Source: an uncultured Bacteroidales bacterium
GTDB lineage: Bacteria > Bacteroidota > Bacteroidia > Bacteroidales > Muribaculaceae
Length of the DNA stretch: 64,000 bases
Assembly (NCBI GenBank): GCA_902772455.1
Contig: CACYAW010000001.1
Location: 95,001 to 159,000, forward strand
Reading direction: 5' to 3'
Within the stretch, counting starts at the first letter, position 1. Each line of letters starts with the position of its first letter. This document shows, in pieces, positions 45,598 to 55,692 of this stretch. Under the pieces are notes generated by a model, which saw only the letters and a program-made list of their open reading frames with translations, was not told the origin of the DNA and did not search any database. The translations under genes were made by a program, and so were the position numbers.

Positions 45598-46728
45598 ATG
45601 AAACCGTTTGATTATCTCATAGTTGGAGCGGGCTTGTTTGGAGCAGTATTTGCTCATCAGGCAAAACAAGCAGGAAAGCGGTGTCTGGTCATCGATAGGC
45701 GCAACCATGTAGGTGGTAACGTGTTTTGTGACCGTATAGAAGGCATCAATGTTCACCGTTATGGAGCGCATATTTTCCACACGAGCAATAAGCAGGTCTG
45801 GGATTTTGTCAATTCGATAGTCGAGTTTAACCGTTACACCAATTGCCCTGTGGCATGTTATGGCAAGGAGTTGTATAACCTGCCATTCAACATGAATACC
45901 TTTAACCGCATGTGGGGCGTTATCACACCTGCTGAGGCTCAAGCCAAAATAGAAGAGCAGAAGGCTGAGGCGTTGGCCCGAATGAATGCCGAAGGAGCCA
46001 AGGAACCACGCAATCTCGAGGAACAAGCTTTGCTGCTGGTGGGTAGGGATATCTATGAACGTCTGATCAAAGGGTACACCGAGAAGCAATGGGGGCGTGA
46101 TTGTCGTGACCTTCCGGCATCGATTATTCGTAGGTTACCTGTTCGTCTGGTCTTTGACAACAACTACTTTAATGATCCATACCAGGGGATTCCTGTTGGA
46201 GGCTATAACAAATTGATTGCTGGCTTGTTGGACGGAGTGGAAACCCGAATTGAAATGGATTTTGCATCGTTGCGGGATCAATGGAAAGACATGGCAGAAA
46301 CCTTGGTTTACACGGGAGCCATTGATGAATATTTCGATTACTGCTACGGAAACCTACAATATCGGACTGTTTCTTTTGAAACGGAAATCCTGAATACCTC
46401 TAATTATCAAGGGAATGCAGTAATTAACTATACAGAGAGAGAGGTGCCTTACACACGCATCATTGAGCACAAGCATTTCGAGATGTTTGGAAATGAAGTG
46501 TATCAAATCCCCAAGACCGTCATTAGCCGAGAGTACTCAACAGAATGGATTCCCGGAAAGGAACCATATTACCCGGTTAACGATGGAAAAAACACGGCGC
46601 TGTATGAGCGCTACAAAGCATTGGCCGACAAGGAAGAGCGTGTCATCTTTGGAGGCCGTCTCGCTGAGTATAAGTACTATGACATGGACAAGGTCATCGA
46701 ACGTGCATTGTCAGTCGCTAAATTCTAA
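45598..46728 (+). CDS. glf: UDP-galactopyranose mutase
   Basis: IVGAGLFG, HRYGAHIFHT, YTEKQWG, EPYYP, GRLAEYKYYDMD. Confidence 0.95.
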   Translation: MKPFDYLIVGAGLFGAVFAHQAKQAGKRCLVIDRRNHVGGNVFCDRIEGINVHRYGAHIFHTSNKQVWDFVNSIVEFNRYTNCPVACYGKELYNLPFNMNTFNRMWGVITPAEAQAKIEEQKAEALARMNAEGAKEPRNLEEQALLLVGRDIYERLIKGYTEKQWGRDCRDLPASIIRRLPVRLVFDNNYFNDPYQGIPVGGYNKLIAGLLDGVETRIEMDFASLRDQWKDMAETLVYTGAIDEYFDYCYGNLQYRTVSFETEILNTSNYQGNAVINYTEREVPYTRIIEHKHFEMFGNEVYQIPKTVISREYSTEWIPGKEPYYPVNDGKNTALYERYKALADKEERVIFGGRLAEYKYYDMDKVIERALSVAKF

Positions 46729-46733
46729 TAGTT

Positions 46734-47747
46734 ATGAGCAAAGTATTGAGCGTATGTGTGCCAAGCTATAACATGGAGAAGTATCTGAATCGATGCATCG
46801 ATTCGTTCTTGCTTCCAGAAGTACTTGATCGTCTTGAACTCATTATAGTCAATGACGGTAGCACTGATAAAACCTTGTCTATTGCTAACGATTATAAGGC
46901 GAGGTATCCTCAAACCATAGTCGTCATCGATAAGCCCAATGGCCATTATGGCTCATGTGTCAATGCCTCGCTAAAGATTGCGACAGGTAAGTATTTTCGC
47001 ATTGTCGATGCTGATGATTGGGTGGATAGCGACGCTCTTGTGACTTTCATCAACAAACTGGAGACTATTGATGTCGATTGCGTCTGTACAAAGCGTACTG
47101 TTCACAATTTTAATGAAAATAAATTAATTGAAGACATTTCAGATATTAAGTTTGAAGGGTGCTTGGATCTGAATAGGGATATTTTTCCCGTTCAATTCCT
47201 AAGAATGCACAATTTGACTTTCTCAGTATCATTGCTTCAAAGGATTAACTATACGCAAACAGAGGGAATATGCTACACAGATACTGAATACACCTATACT
47301 CCGTTATCATGTTCACATAACATGGCAATGGTTGATGTGTCACTATATCAGTATTTTGTAGGTCGTGGTGATCAGTCAATGTCGCAAGGCGTCCTTAAAA
47401 AAAATATGGTTCATTTGGTACGCGTACTCCGAAGTGTCCAAAGAGATCATCAAGGTGGTTTCCCGTTTAATGATAACGAACAGCTTATATGTTCAACCTT
47501 GTTGTCAAGATTACTATATCTAGTGGTACCTGTCTATCTTTTACAGTACAAGAGAGATGTGGAGATAGACGAAACACTTAGAAAAGCGATTGCCACAGTT
47601 AACGTACTGGGCAAAGTCACGTTGTCTGGAGTTTTCAGTAATAGAATCATAGGAATTCCCTATGTTTCATGCTGGTATTACAATGTCAAGTTATTTAATT
47701 CTGTATCTCCGATTTTTAGATTGCTTAAAAAGATACGACGCGATTAA
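46734..47747 (+). CDS. Glycosyltransferase family 2 (possibly a galactofuranosyltransferase)
   Basis: VCVPSYN, VNDGSTD, NGHYG, VDADD; directly follows glf. Confidence 0.88.
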   Translation: MSKVLSVCVPSYNMEKYLNRCIDSFLLPEVLDRLELIIVNDGSTDKTLSIANDYKARYPQTIVVIDKPNGHYGSCVNASLKIATGKYFRIVDADDWVDSDALVTFINKLETIDVDCVCTKRTVHNFNENKLIEDISDIKFEGCLDLNRDIFPVQFLRMHNLTFSVSLLQRINYTQTEGICYTDTEYTYTPLSCSHNMAMVDVSLYQYFVGRGDQSMSQGVLKKNMVHLVRVLRSVQRDHQGGFPFNDNEQLICSTLLSRLLYLVVPVYLLQYKRDVEIDETLRKAIATVNVLGKVTLSGVFSNRIIGIPYVSCWYYNVKLFNSVSPIFRLLKKIRRD

Positions 47748-47767
47748 TCACTAGTAGTAATCAATTA

Positions 47768-48895
47768 ATGGTTGTTAAAATGCCTACTGTTTCGGTGATA
47801 GTTCCGGTGTATAATGCTGAGGGGGTCGTTTCCCGGGGCGTTGACAGTATTTTGGCTCAGAGTTATCAAGACTTTGAGTTGATACTGGTTGATGACGGGA
47901 GCACTGACAACAGTGGGGCAATCTGCGACAATTATGCCCAGCAGGATGGAAGGGTGAAGGCCTTTCATCAGGAGAACGCGGGCGTGAGCGCGGCGCGAAA
48001 TGCCGGACTGAAAGTCGCTCAGGGCGAGTGGGTGACGTTTGTGGACAGCGATGATATCGTGCTGGACGGATTCCTTGAATCGCTTGTCATGGCTGTAAAC
48101 AGAGATGAGCGGATTGATTTGGCCTATTGTGGTTATGCGATTGTAGAAGGATCAACCAGCATCAAGACATATCGGTCTGCAACCTATATCGGAAAGGATC
48201 AGTTGCATGATGTATTGAGTTCGACCAATCTTCTTTACAGATGCAGCCCATGGGCTAAATTGTTCCGTAGGTCAATCATCACCGATAATGGGTTGCAGTT
48301 TGACGAGAATCTCACGATTTCTGAGGATCGGCTGTTCCTCTATCAGTACTTGATTCATGTCCGCGGTGTTGCTACTACGTCATCAGTAGGCTATCTGTAT
48401 GGCAGTTTCTCGCCAACGTCGCTCAAACACAAGCGAGTCCCAACAGAAATGCTAGCTTACCGCCAACGTTCTATCACTGCAGCGGCCCACGGTGTTGTGA
48501 ATGAGTTCAGCCTAGGAAAAGGAAAGGCTTTCTTGATTGCCCGTCACCTGATGTTGATCTTGTTTGAGTTGATCAGGAATGTGTATCAGGAATCGGGAGC
48601 ATCAAGGAAAACAAGAGAAAGACAGCGGGAATTGTTTATCGGTTTGTTTGACGTTGATCTGTATCAAGACAACCTTGAGAACGATCCACGATGGATTGCT
48701 TATTTGCGGCAGAATAGACTGATGGATGACATGGTCAACTTTCGTTTTAGAGTTTTTAATCGGAAGCTTAATCGTGACGAGTTGAACCTGAGGCTTCGTT
48801 TGTTCGCTTATAATTTGTTGAAAAAGAGACGGGCAAAGCCAACAACAGCATCCTTTGAGAAGTACATAACTTTTATAAATGGCATGATGAAATGA
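47768..48895 (+). CDS. Glycosyltransferase family 2
   Basis: VIVPVYN, VDDGSTD, GVSAARN, FVDSDD, SED. Confidence 0.9.
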   Translation: MVVKMPTVSVIVPVYNAEGVVSRGVDSILAQSYQDFELILVDDGSTDNSGAICDNYAQQDGRVKAFHQENAGVSAARNAGLKVAQGEWVTFVDSDDIVLDGFLESLVMAVNRDERIDLAYCGYAIVEGSTSIKTYRSATYIGKDQLHDVLSSTNLLYRCSPWAKLFRRSIITDNGLQFDENLTISEDRLFLYQYLIHVRGVATTSSVGYLYGSFSPTSLKHKRVPTEMLAYRQRSITAAAHGVVNEFSLGKGKAFLIARHLMLILFELIRNVYQESGASRKTRERQRELFIGLFDVDLYQDNLENDPRWIAYLRQNRLMDDMVNFRFRVFNRKLNRDELNLRLRLFAYNLLKKRRAKPTTASFEKYITFINGMMK

Positions 48896-49893
48896 AGAAC
48901 ATTCTTCTACTTGATACTTCGGTTGGCTCACAGAATAAAGGTGATGACATCATCATGGAGTGCACCCGCAAAGAATTGGGCTTTATTCTGAAGGACAATT
49001 TTGAATATACATTGCCCACTCATGTGAGTCCTTTTCATTGGTATCAGTTACTGATTCACTATATTACAGGACCCTCGGGAAAAGGACGAATTCAGACTTA
49101 TGCGGATTGTAAATTGAAATTCATAGGAGGCTCAAATATCCTATGCAAGAATTTACTGAACTATTATCCTCAGTGGAATATTAACTGGTTCAATTGTAAA
49201 CCGATTGAAGGTTGTATAGGTGTTGGTGTCGGAGCTGGTGCTGGGGAGAAATCCAACTGGTACACTCGCAAGATGTATCAACGAGTGTTGAATCATGATT
49301 ATTATCATAGTGCGAGGGACGAGCGGACAAAGGAATACATTGAGAGCTTGGGCTTGAAAGCACTCAATACTGGTTGTGTGACGATGTGGATGTTCACACC
49401 GGAGTTTTGCAAGTCAATACCCATTGCCAAATCCAATACTGTAGTATTCACATTGACGGCGGATAAAAATCTGATGCGGGAGGACCAGTTCTTGATGGAT
49501 ACTCTTATTAAGGAGTATGAGACCGTGTACTTTTGGCCACAAGGGATGTTTGATTTTAATTATTTTAGAAGCCTAGAGAATATCGAGAGCGTCAATGTTT
49601 TACCTGCGAACAAAGCTGCATATGATGCATTCTTGTCGAATAATGACGTGGATTATGTGGGAACCCGATTGCATGGGGGCATTTATTCAATGAGACATGG
49701 CCGCCGTGCAATCATTGTAGCAATTGATGAACGGGCAAGGGAAATCAACAAGACCAATCACTTGAATTGTATAGATATAAAAGACATAGAACAACTCCCT
49801 GAACTCATTGACTCGGAATTTGAGACAAGAGTTGTAATGGATTACCAAGCGATTGACCAGTGGAAGTCGCAATTTGATAATTTCAACGAATGA
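48892..49893 (+). CDS. Polysaccharide pyruvyl transferase family protein
   Basis: NKGDDII, IGGSN, SARD, GTRLHG. Confidence 0.82.
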   Translation: MKNILLLDTSVGSQNKGDDIIMECTRKELGFILKDNFEYTLPTHVSPFHWYQLLIHYITGPSGKGRIQTYADCKLKFIGGSNILCKNLLNYYPQWNINWFNCKPIEGCIGVGVGAGAGEKSNWYTRKMYQRVLNHDYYHSARDERTKEYIESLGLKALNTGCVTMWMFTPEFCKSIPIAKSNTVVFTLTADKNLMREDQFLMDTLIKEYETVYFWPQGMFDFNYFRSLENIESVNVLPANKAAYDAFLSNNDVDYVGTRLHGGIYSMRHGRRAIIVAIDERAREINKTNHLNCIDIKDIEQLPELIDSEFETRVVMDYQAIDQWKSQFDNFNE

Positions 49894-50900
49894 AAACAAC
49901 GATATTAGATGTAACCTTACGGGATGGCAGCTACGAGTTAGACTTCCAAGTATCTGAGCAAGATGAAATCTTGGTCGGTGCTGCACTCGAAAAGGCAGGA
50001 ATAGAGTATATTGAAATTGGGCATGGCCAAGGTTTAAATGCCAGTTCTCCCAAAAATGGAGTTGCTCGGTGCACTGATTTAGAGTACCTTGTGGCTGCCG
50101 AGGAGAATTTTCATAGGGCTAAGTATGGTTTTTTCTGTATCCCAGGAATTGCCCGATTAGAAGACTTAGACCTGCTGAAGAGTCATGGCGGCTCTTTTGT
50201 AAGAGTAGGAGCTAATTGTGACTTAAAATCACAAGAAGGAACAATTCCTTTTATTGAGCGTGCAAAGGAGTTGGGCTTGACTGTATTTGCCAATTACATG
50301 AAGACTTACTGCGCTTCGCCCGATGTGTTTGAAAAATGTGTGAAAATCTCGGATAAAGCGGGTGCTGATTACCTAACGATTGTTGACTCGGCTGGATGCA
50401 TGTTTCCAGAGGATATCAAGATGTATTATGATATCATCAAAAACACGGCCACAAGAGAGGTCGGGGTGGGTTTCCATGGACATGACAATTTGGGCTATGC
50501 CGTTTACAACACGATATATGCAGCGACCATTGGCTGTGAGTTCATTGACACATCATTGCAGTCATTAGGCCGTGGTGCCGGTAATGCTTCAACTGAACAG
50601 GTCATAGCTGTATTACAAAAAAAATATGGTATTGATACCTATTCTTTGCCTGGCTTGATGCATTTTAGTGAAGAGTATTTGCGACCCATGGTCAAGTTCA
50701 AAGGAGTGAGTGGATTGGATACCTATTGTGGCATAGCTGGATTTCATAGTGGATACATGAACTCAATCCGTAAGGTAGCGAAAGAATTCAATGTCAGTCC
50801 TTACTCATTGATTGTGGCTTATTGCAAGCATGACCGCATCTACATGAATGAAGAATTGTTGAGAGACGTAGCAAAAGAGATTCAGCATGAAAAATCTTGA
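49890..50900 (+). CDS. 4-hydroxy-2-oxovalerate aldolase-like DRE-TIM metallolyase
   Basis: LDVTLRDG, IEIGHG.GL, GFHGHDNLG, LGRGAGN, DmpG-like C-terminal GIAGFHSGY. Confidence 0.82.
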   Translation: MKTTILDVTLRDGSYELDFQVSEQDEILVGAALEKAGIEYIEIGHGQGLNASSPKNGVARCTDLEYLVAAEENFHRAKYGFFCIPGIARLEDLDLLKSHGGSFVRVGANCDLKSQEGTIPFIERAKELGLTVFANYMKTYCASPDVFEKCVKISDKAGADYLTIVDSAGCMFPEDIKMYYDIIKNTATREVGVGFHGHDNLGYAVYNTIYAATIGCEFIDTSLQSLGRGAGNASTEQVIAVLQKKYGIDTYSLPGLMHFSEEYLRPMVKFKGVSGLDTYCGIAGFHSGYMNSIRKVAKEFNVSPYSLIVAYCKHDRIYMNEELLRDVAKEIQHEKS

Positions 50901-52143
50901 CATCATTCTTACCCAAATTGAGCGAAACGGGCATTTGGTGAACTATCATTTTACGGTCAGTCGTGAATTGGAGAAGTATTTTACCTCTCACACTCTTTTC
51001 CTGGAGTATGATAGGGATGTGGCAAGCGTTCCTGACAGTATTTTAGCCATACCTTTTGTGAGTAGTTTATTGGCTTTTTCATGGGTGCTGGATTGCAATT
51101 TATGGGTTCGTGAGATTGATAAGACTTTTTATGACTCAGTTTCACGAATTCGAGAAGCATATCGAGAGATTTATGATCACTTCCCGTTAAAAGGACGCTT
51201 TGTCCCTGCAATCCTTACGCGCAATGAATTGGTCATGAGGGGAAAAACGGATACTAGCGCTGTTTTGTTATTCAGTGGTGGAGCTGATTGTCAAGCCACA
51301 TTTATACGCAATTTAGCCAAGTCTCCGATGCTGTGCAATATACAAGGATGGTACAAGTCATTGGAAGATAAGGACTTTGCAGCAGATGCTGACAAGAGGG
51401 ATATTTCAAAGTTTGCTGAGGAGTATCATGTGCCGACTTGCTTTGTGCGTTCAAATTTCGCAGTATTGCTAACTAAGGAGTTTGATAAAGTATTTGCTAA
51501 GAAGTTGGGTGACACTATGTGGCATGGTTTTTTGCATTCAATGGCATTCATAGGCATATCGATACCAATCGCCTATCAGGTTGGAATCAATGAGATACTT
51601 ATTGCCAGTTCTCTGACTATTGGATTAAACTTCTTGTGCGCATCCAACCTGACGACAGATAGTGAATTCCGCTATGCTGAGAGTGGTTTTACTACTCACG
51701 ACGGTTTTGAACTGAACAGGCAAGGTAAAATGGGGGTGATTGTAAAGCATCAAAAGTCAACAGGAAAACCCTATTTCATGCGTGTATGCTCTTTCAATGA
51801 CCATAATTGTTGTGAATGTGAGAAATGTTTTAGAACGATCTTGGGCATAGTTGCTGAAGGTGGTGATATTAAGGACTTCGGCTTTAATATTGAAGGTTCT
51901 CTTAAGGAGCACTGGGAAGATGTCCTTTACAGGAGAGGTGGATTAATGAGCTTTAAAAGTGAGAAGTTTATTCACTGGCCTCACATAAAGAAGCGTATGC
52001 TTGAGAACTATGATATCATCAAAGATAAGGAATTCGTCGATTGGTTCTTGCATTTTGATTTTGATAAAGCAAAACGAGAAGGACTAAGACGCTATTACAG
52101 ACAGAATTTTTTCTCAATCTTGAGGCGTAAACTGTTTCAATAA
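50887..52143 (+). CDS. Hypothetical protein with PP-loop-like SGG motif and CxxCxKC cluster
   Basis: LLFSGGADC; RVCSFNDHNCCECEKCFRT. Confidence 0.6.
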   Translation: MKNLDIILTQIERNGHLVNYHFTVSRELEKYFTSHTLFLEYDRDVASVPDSILAIPFVSSLLAFSWVLDCNLWVREIDKTFYDSVSRIREAYREIYDHFPLKGRFVPAILTRNELVMRGKTDTSAVLLFSGGADCQATFIRNLAKSPMLCNIQGWYKSLEDKDFAADADKRDISKFAEEYHVPTCFVRSNFAVLLTKEFDKVFAKKLGDTMWHGFLHSMAFIGISIPIAYQVGINEILIASSLTIGLNFLCASNLTTDSEFRYAESGFTTHDGFELNRQGKMGVIVKHQKSTGKPYFMRVCSFNDHNCCECEKCFRTILGIVAEGGDIKDFGFNIEGSLKEHWEDVLYRRGGLMSFKSEKFIHWPHIKKRMLENYDIIKDKEFVDWFLHFDFDKAKREGLRRYYRQNFFSILRRKLFQ

Positions 52144-52164
52144 GGCTCCAAAATATCATTGAGG

Positions 52165-53712
52165 ATGACTTCGGCACAGAACCAAAATACTAGTGGTAAC
52201 GGGAGGATAGCCAAGAATGCGGTGATGCTGTATGTCCGCATGTTCTTGACGATGATCGTGGGGCTTTATACCTCGCGTGTCGTCTTGGCTGTGCTGGGTG
52301 TCGAGGATTTTGGAACCTATGGGGTTGTTGGAGGCATCGTGACCATGATCGGTTTCGTGAACAGTTCGATGACTGGCGCAACAAGCCGTTTCTTGACGTT
52401 TGAATTGGGTAAAGGTAACGAGAAACGCTTGGCTGATACTTTTTCTAGCGCATTGATCATTCACATTGGCATAGCTCTGATTGTCCTGCTGCTTGCTGAA
52501 ACAGTTGGCCTGTGGTTCTTGAATAACAAACTGGTCATTCCTGCCGGGCGCATGCCGGCTGCCCAATGGGTCTATCAGTTGAGTGTAGCGAGTGCTATGC
52601 TGTGGATCACGCAGGCTCCCTATAATGCCACAATCATAGCCCATGAGCGAATGGATGTATATGCCTATGTCGAAATCCTACACGTGCTACTCAAACTGCT
52701 GATAGTCTATCTGTTGATGATTGGGAACTTTGACAAGCTGATCCTGTATGCCTTCTTGATGTTTGTGGTGAGTGTGCTGATCAGGATGATCTACCGCATC
52801 TACTGCGTTCGCCATTACAAAGAATCTCACCTTCACTGGGTTTGGGACAAATCGATATTAAAACCGATGCTTGTCTATAGTGGTTGGAATTTTTATGGAG
52901 CTTTGTGCTTGACCACACGCCAGCAGGGCACGAATTTTTTGATAAACATCTTTTTTGGCGTTGTATTCAATGCGGCATCAAGTATAGCAACAACAATTCA
53001 AGGTGTTGTGAAAGGTTTCACTTACAGTTCAACGATGGCATTCAGACCGCCGATCATCAAGGCCTATGCCCAGGGAAGCTTTCAAGAAATGATGCGGCTC
53101 ATGAAATCGGCTATGTCATTGTGTATATTCTTGTCATTACTGGTTTCGTTGCCACTATATATTGAAATAGAGTATGTGATGAACCTGTGGCTGGTCAATC
53201 CGCCTGTGATGGCCGTTGAATTTGTGCGGTTGTTAATCGTGTCGGCCTTCTTCGCATTGATCACATTGATTTTCACTATTGGCATAGAGGCCACCGGCTA
53301 TAACCGCCAGATGAACATATACACTGGCTCTATTTTCATGTTGACCATACCTGTCATGTATGTCTTTTTCAAGATGGGCTTCGGAGTCTTGTACTCCTAC
53401 TACTGCATCTTGGGAGCCAATGTTTTGATATTCGTGTCCAATATGGTGATATGTAAGCATTTGGTGCCGTCGATCAGGCTGACTGACTATATGTGGCTCT
53501 TCTTGAAAAGTACCTTGGTGATTGTTCTGTCGGTACTGCCTGCCATCTATATCGTTCGGCATTATGATGCGAGCTTTTTGAGGCTCATCGCCAATACGGT
53601 TGTCATCTTGTGCCTGTGCACGGCTTTATCATACTGGCTGGTACTGGACAATTCTTCAAGGTCATTTGTGCGCCAGAAACTGTATTCGCTGATCAAGAGA
53701 ATACACAAATGA
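52165..53712 (+). CDS. wzx: Second polysaccharide flippase (MOP/Wzx family)
   Basis: RIAKNAVMLYVRM..LYTSRVVL..LGVEDFG, multiple TM helices. Confidence 0.88.
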   Translation: MTSAQNQNTSGNGRIAKNAVMLYVRMFLTMIVGLYTSRVVLAVLGVEDFGTYGVVGGIVTMIGFVNSSMTGATSRFLTFELGKGNEKRLADTFSSALIIHIGIALIVLLLAETVGLWFLNNKLVIPAGRMPAAQWVYQLSVASAMLWITQAPYNATIIAHERMDVYAYVEILHVLLKLLIVYLLMIGNFDKLILYAFLMFVVSVLIRMIYRIYCVRHYKESHLHWVWDKSILKPMLVYSGWNFYGALCLTTRQQGTNFLINIFFGVVFNAASSIATTIQGVVKGFTYSSTMAFRPPIIKAYAQGSFQEMMRLMKSAMSLCIFLSLLVSLPLYIEIEYVMNLWLVNPPVMAVEFVRLLIVSAFFALITLIFTIGIEATGYNRQMNIYTGSIFMLTIPVMYVFFKMGFGVLYSYYCILGANVLIFVSNMVICKHLVPSIRLTDYMWLFLKSTLVIVLSVLPAIYIVRHYDASFLRLIANTVVILCLCTALSYWLVLDNSSRSFVRQKLYSLIKRIHK

Positions 53713-53738
53713 TTATTGTTGGCTTATAATAGTCTAAT

Positions 53739-54713
53739 ATGCCTAAGATTTCAGTTGTCATCCCTGTCTATAACACCGAGCGTTTTTTAGCGCGGGTGAT
53801 TGAAAGTGTGATGGCCCAGACGTTTGCTGATTTTGAGCTGATTCTTGTTGATGACGGCTCGAAGGACGCGAGTGGTGAAATCTGTGACCAATTTGCTGCC
53901 AAGTATAGCGGCAAGGTGAGGGTGAAGCATAACGAGAACCAAGGTGTTAGCTCGGCACGAAACTGTGGCATAGACCTGGCAACAGGAGAGTGGATAACCT
54001 TTATCGATTCTGACGATTATATCTTGCCGCAGTATCTGCAGAATCTGTATGACAACGCAGAGAAGTTCAACAGTGATTTTGTGATGACAGGCATCGTGCG
54101 TCGGTATGAAGAGAAGCCGATAGATGATGTCGTAAGAGAGTGGTCCGAATGTGTGGTTACTAGGGAAGAAATTGCTAAGCTCTATGAACTGGAAATCATG
54201 CAGTACCAAAAAGGGCCGGTCATCAAATTGTTTAAGCGTGAGATTCTCAACAAACATGGCATACGTTTTGACAAGCGGTTGAGCCGTGGTGAGGATGCCC
54301 TGTTTGTCTATACCTATCTGTTGCATTGCTCAAGGATGAGTGTCGCTCCAGGGGCCAATTATATTTATTGCCTGAGGGACGGATCCCTCATGTCTCAGAT
54401 TATGGCTCCATTCCAAACCGAACTCTATGGTTATGAACGCATGAAGTCGGTGTTGCTCAATTTGACAGATATAAGCCATCCTTATCCGAGGCATTATCTG
54501 GTCTATTGGTTTGAGCGAGTGATCAATGCGATTTACAGTATCGGCAATAGCTATTGTTTTTCTGATCGGTTGAAATTCTTGAAGCAGTTGGACTATAGCT
54601 ATTACAAGAAATGGAAAGAGCCTATATCATGGAAGGAAAATGTCAACAAGCGTCTCTTGTGTGACAAGCAGTTCCTGCTCTATGACGTTTTAACCAAGTT
54701 ATTTAAATCGTGA
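53739..54713 (+). CDS. Glycosyltransferase family 2
   Basis: VIPVYN, VDDGSKD, FIDSDD, GED. Confidence 0.9.
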   Translation: MPKISVVIPVYNTERFLARVIESVMAQTFADFELILVDDGSKDASGEICDQFAAKYSGKVRVKHNENQGVSSARNCGIDLATGEWITFIDSDDYILPQYLQNLYDNAEKFNSDFVMTGIVRRYEEKPIDDVVREWSECVVTREEIAKLYELEIMQYQKGPVIKLFKREILNKHGIRFDKRLSRGEDALFVYTYLLHCSRMSVAPGANYIYCLRDGSLMSQIMAPFQTELYGYERMKSVLLNLTDISHPYPRHYLVYWFERVINAIYSIGNSYCFSDRLKFLKQLDYSYYKKWKEPISWKENVNKRLLCDKQFLLYDVLTKLFKS

Positions 54714-55690
54714 TGTCAATCAACCTGTCTGTAGTCATACCGATTTATAATGTTGAGCAGTACTTGCGCCAATGCCTTGACAGCATTGGTGTCTTAGGCC
54801 GCGATGATGTTGAAGCCATTCTAGTCAATGACGGGAGTACTGACGGCAGCCGTAATATCTGTGTCGACTATGTGAATAAGTGGAGCAATGTGACCTTGAT
54901 TGATAAAGAGAATGGCGGATTGAGTGATGCCAGAAACAAGGGCACAGAAGCAGCGGCAGGGGAATATATCTATTATTTGGACAGTGATGACTGGCTGGAG
55001 CCAGATGCGATTGACAAATTATATAGGTTTGCCGTTGAGAATGATTGTGATATTGTCCAGGGAAGTTTCTATTATGCATTTGAAGGGCATGTAGAGCACA
55101 ATAACCGGTTCTATAAAGCTGATGATCCCCCCTTCGTTCTGAATCGTGAAGAGGCCATGAGAGAATTGATCAAGAATTACTATGTCTTGAATTTCGCATG
55201 GGGAAAAGTGTACAGGACATCTTTGGCAAAATCTCATCAATTCCCCTTCGGCAAGTATTTTGAGGATAGTTATTGGCAGCACTTGATGATTCATGACAGC
55301 AAGAGATATGGCGTCATCAATGAGCCGTTATACTATTACCGTCAACGAGCCAACAGCATTTCCAACAATCTGGGTAAGCGCTATTTGGACTTGAACCGCG
55401 GTCTTGAAGAAAGGTTGCTCTTCATCAAAGATCATTATCCTGAACTTACCAATATGGCTGCTGAGCGCTTGTGGTACAGCTCATTCGTGATGCGTGGCCG
55501 CAGTAAGGAAATGAAACGGTTGTTCAGCAGAATTAATGAAGAATATTCGTCATTATTGAGCGAAAAATACAGGCAGTCAACGCTTTTTAAGCTGGCAGAT
55601 AGAGATTCCTTCTTGTTGCCGCTCTATCTATTCTGGAAACGGGTTGACCGGTTTGTTCACAGGAAACCTCTTGGCAAAATTAAAATTTGA
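54713..55690 (+). CDS. Glycosyltransferase family 2
   Basis: VIPIYN, VNDGSTD, GLSDARN, LDSDD, FED. Confidence 0.9.
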   Translation: MSINLSVVIPIYNVEQYLRQCLDSIGVLGRDDVEAILVNDGSTDGSRNICVDYVNKWSNVTLIDKENGGLSDARNKGTEAAAGEYIYYLDSDDWLEPDAIDKLYRFAVENDCDIVQGSFYYAFEGHVEHNNRFYKADDPPFVLNREEAMRELIKNYYVLNFAWGKVYRTSLAKSHQFPFGKYFEDSYWQHLMIHDSKRYGVINEPLYYYRQRANSISNNLGKRYLDLNRGLEERLLFIKDHYPELTNMAAERLWYSSFVMRGRSKEMKRLFSRINEEYSSLLSEKYRQSTLFKLADRDSFLLPLYLFWKRVDRFVHRKPLGKIKI

Positions 55691-55692
55691 CA

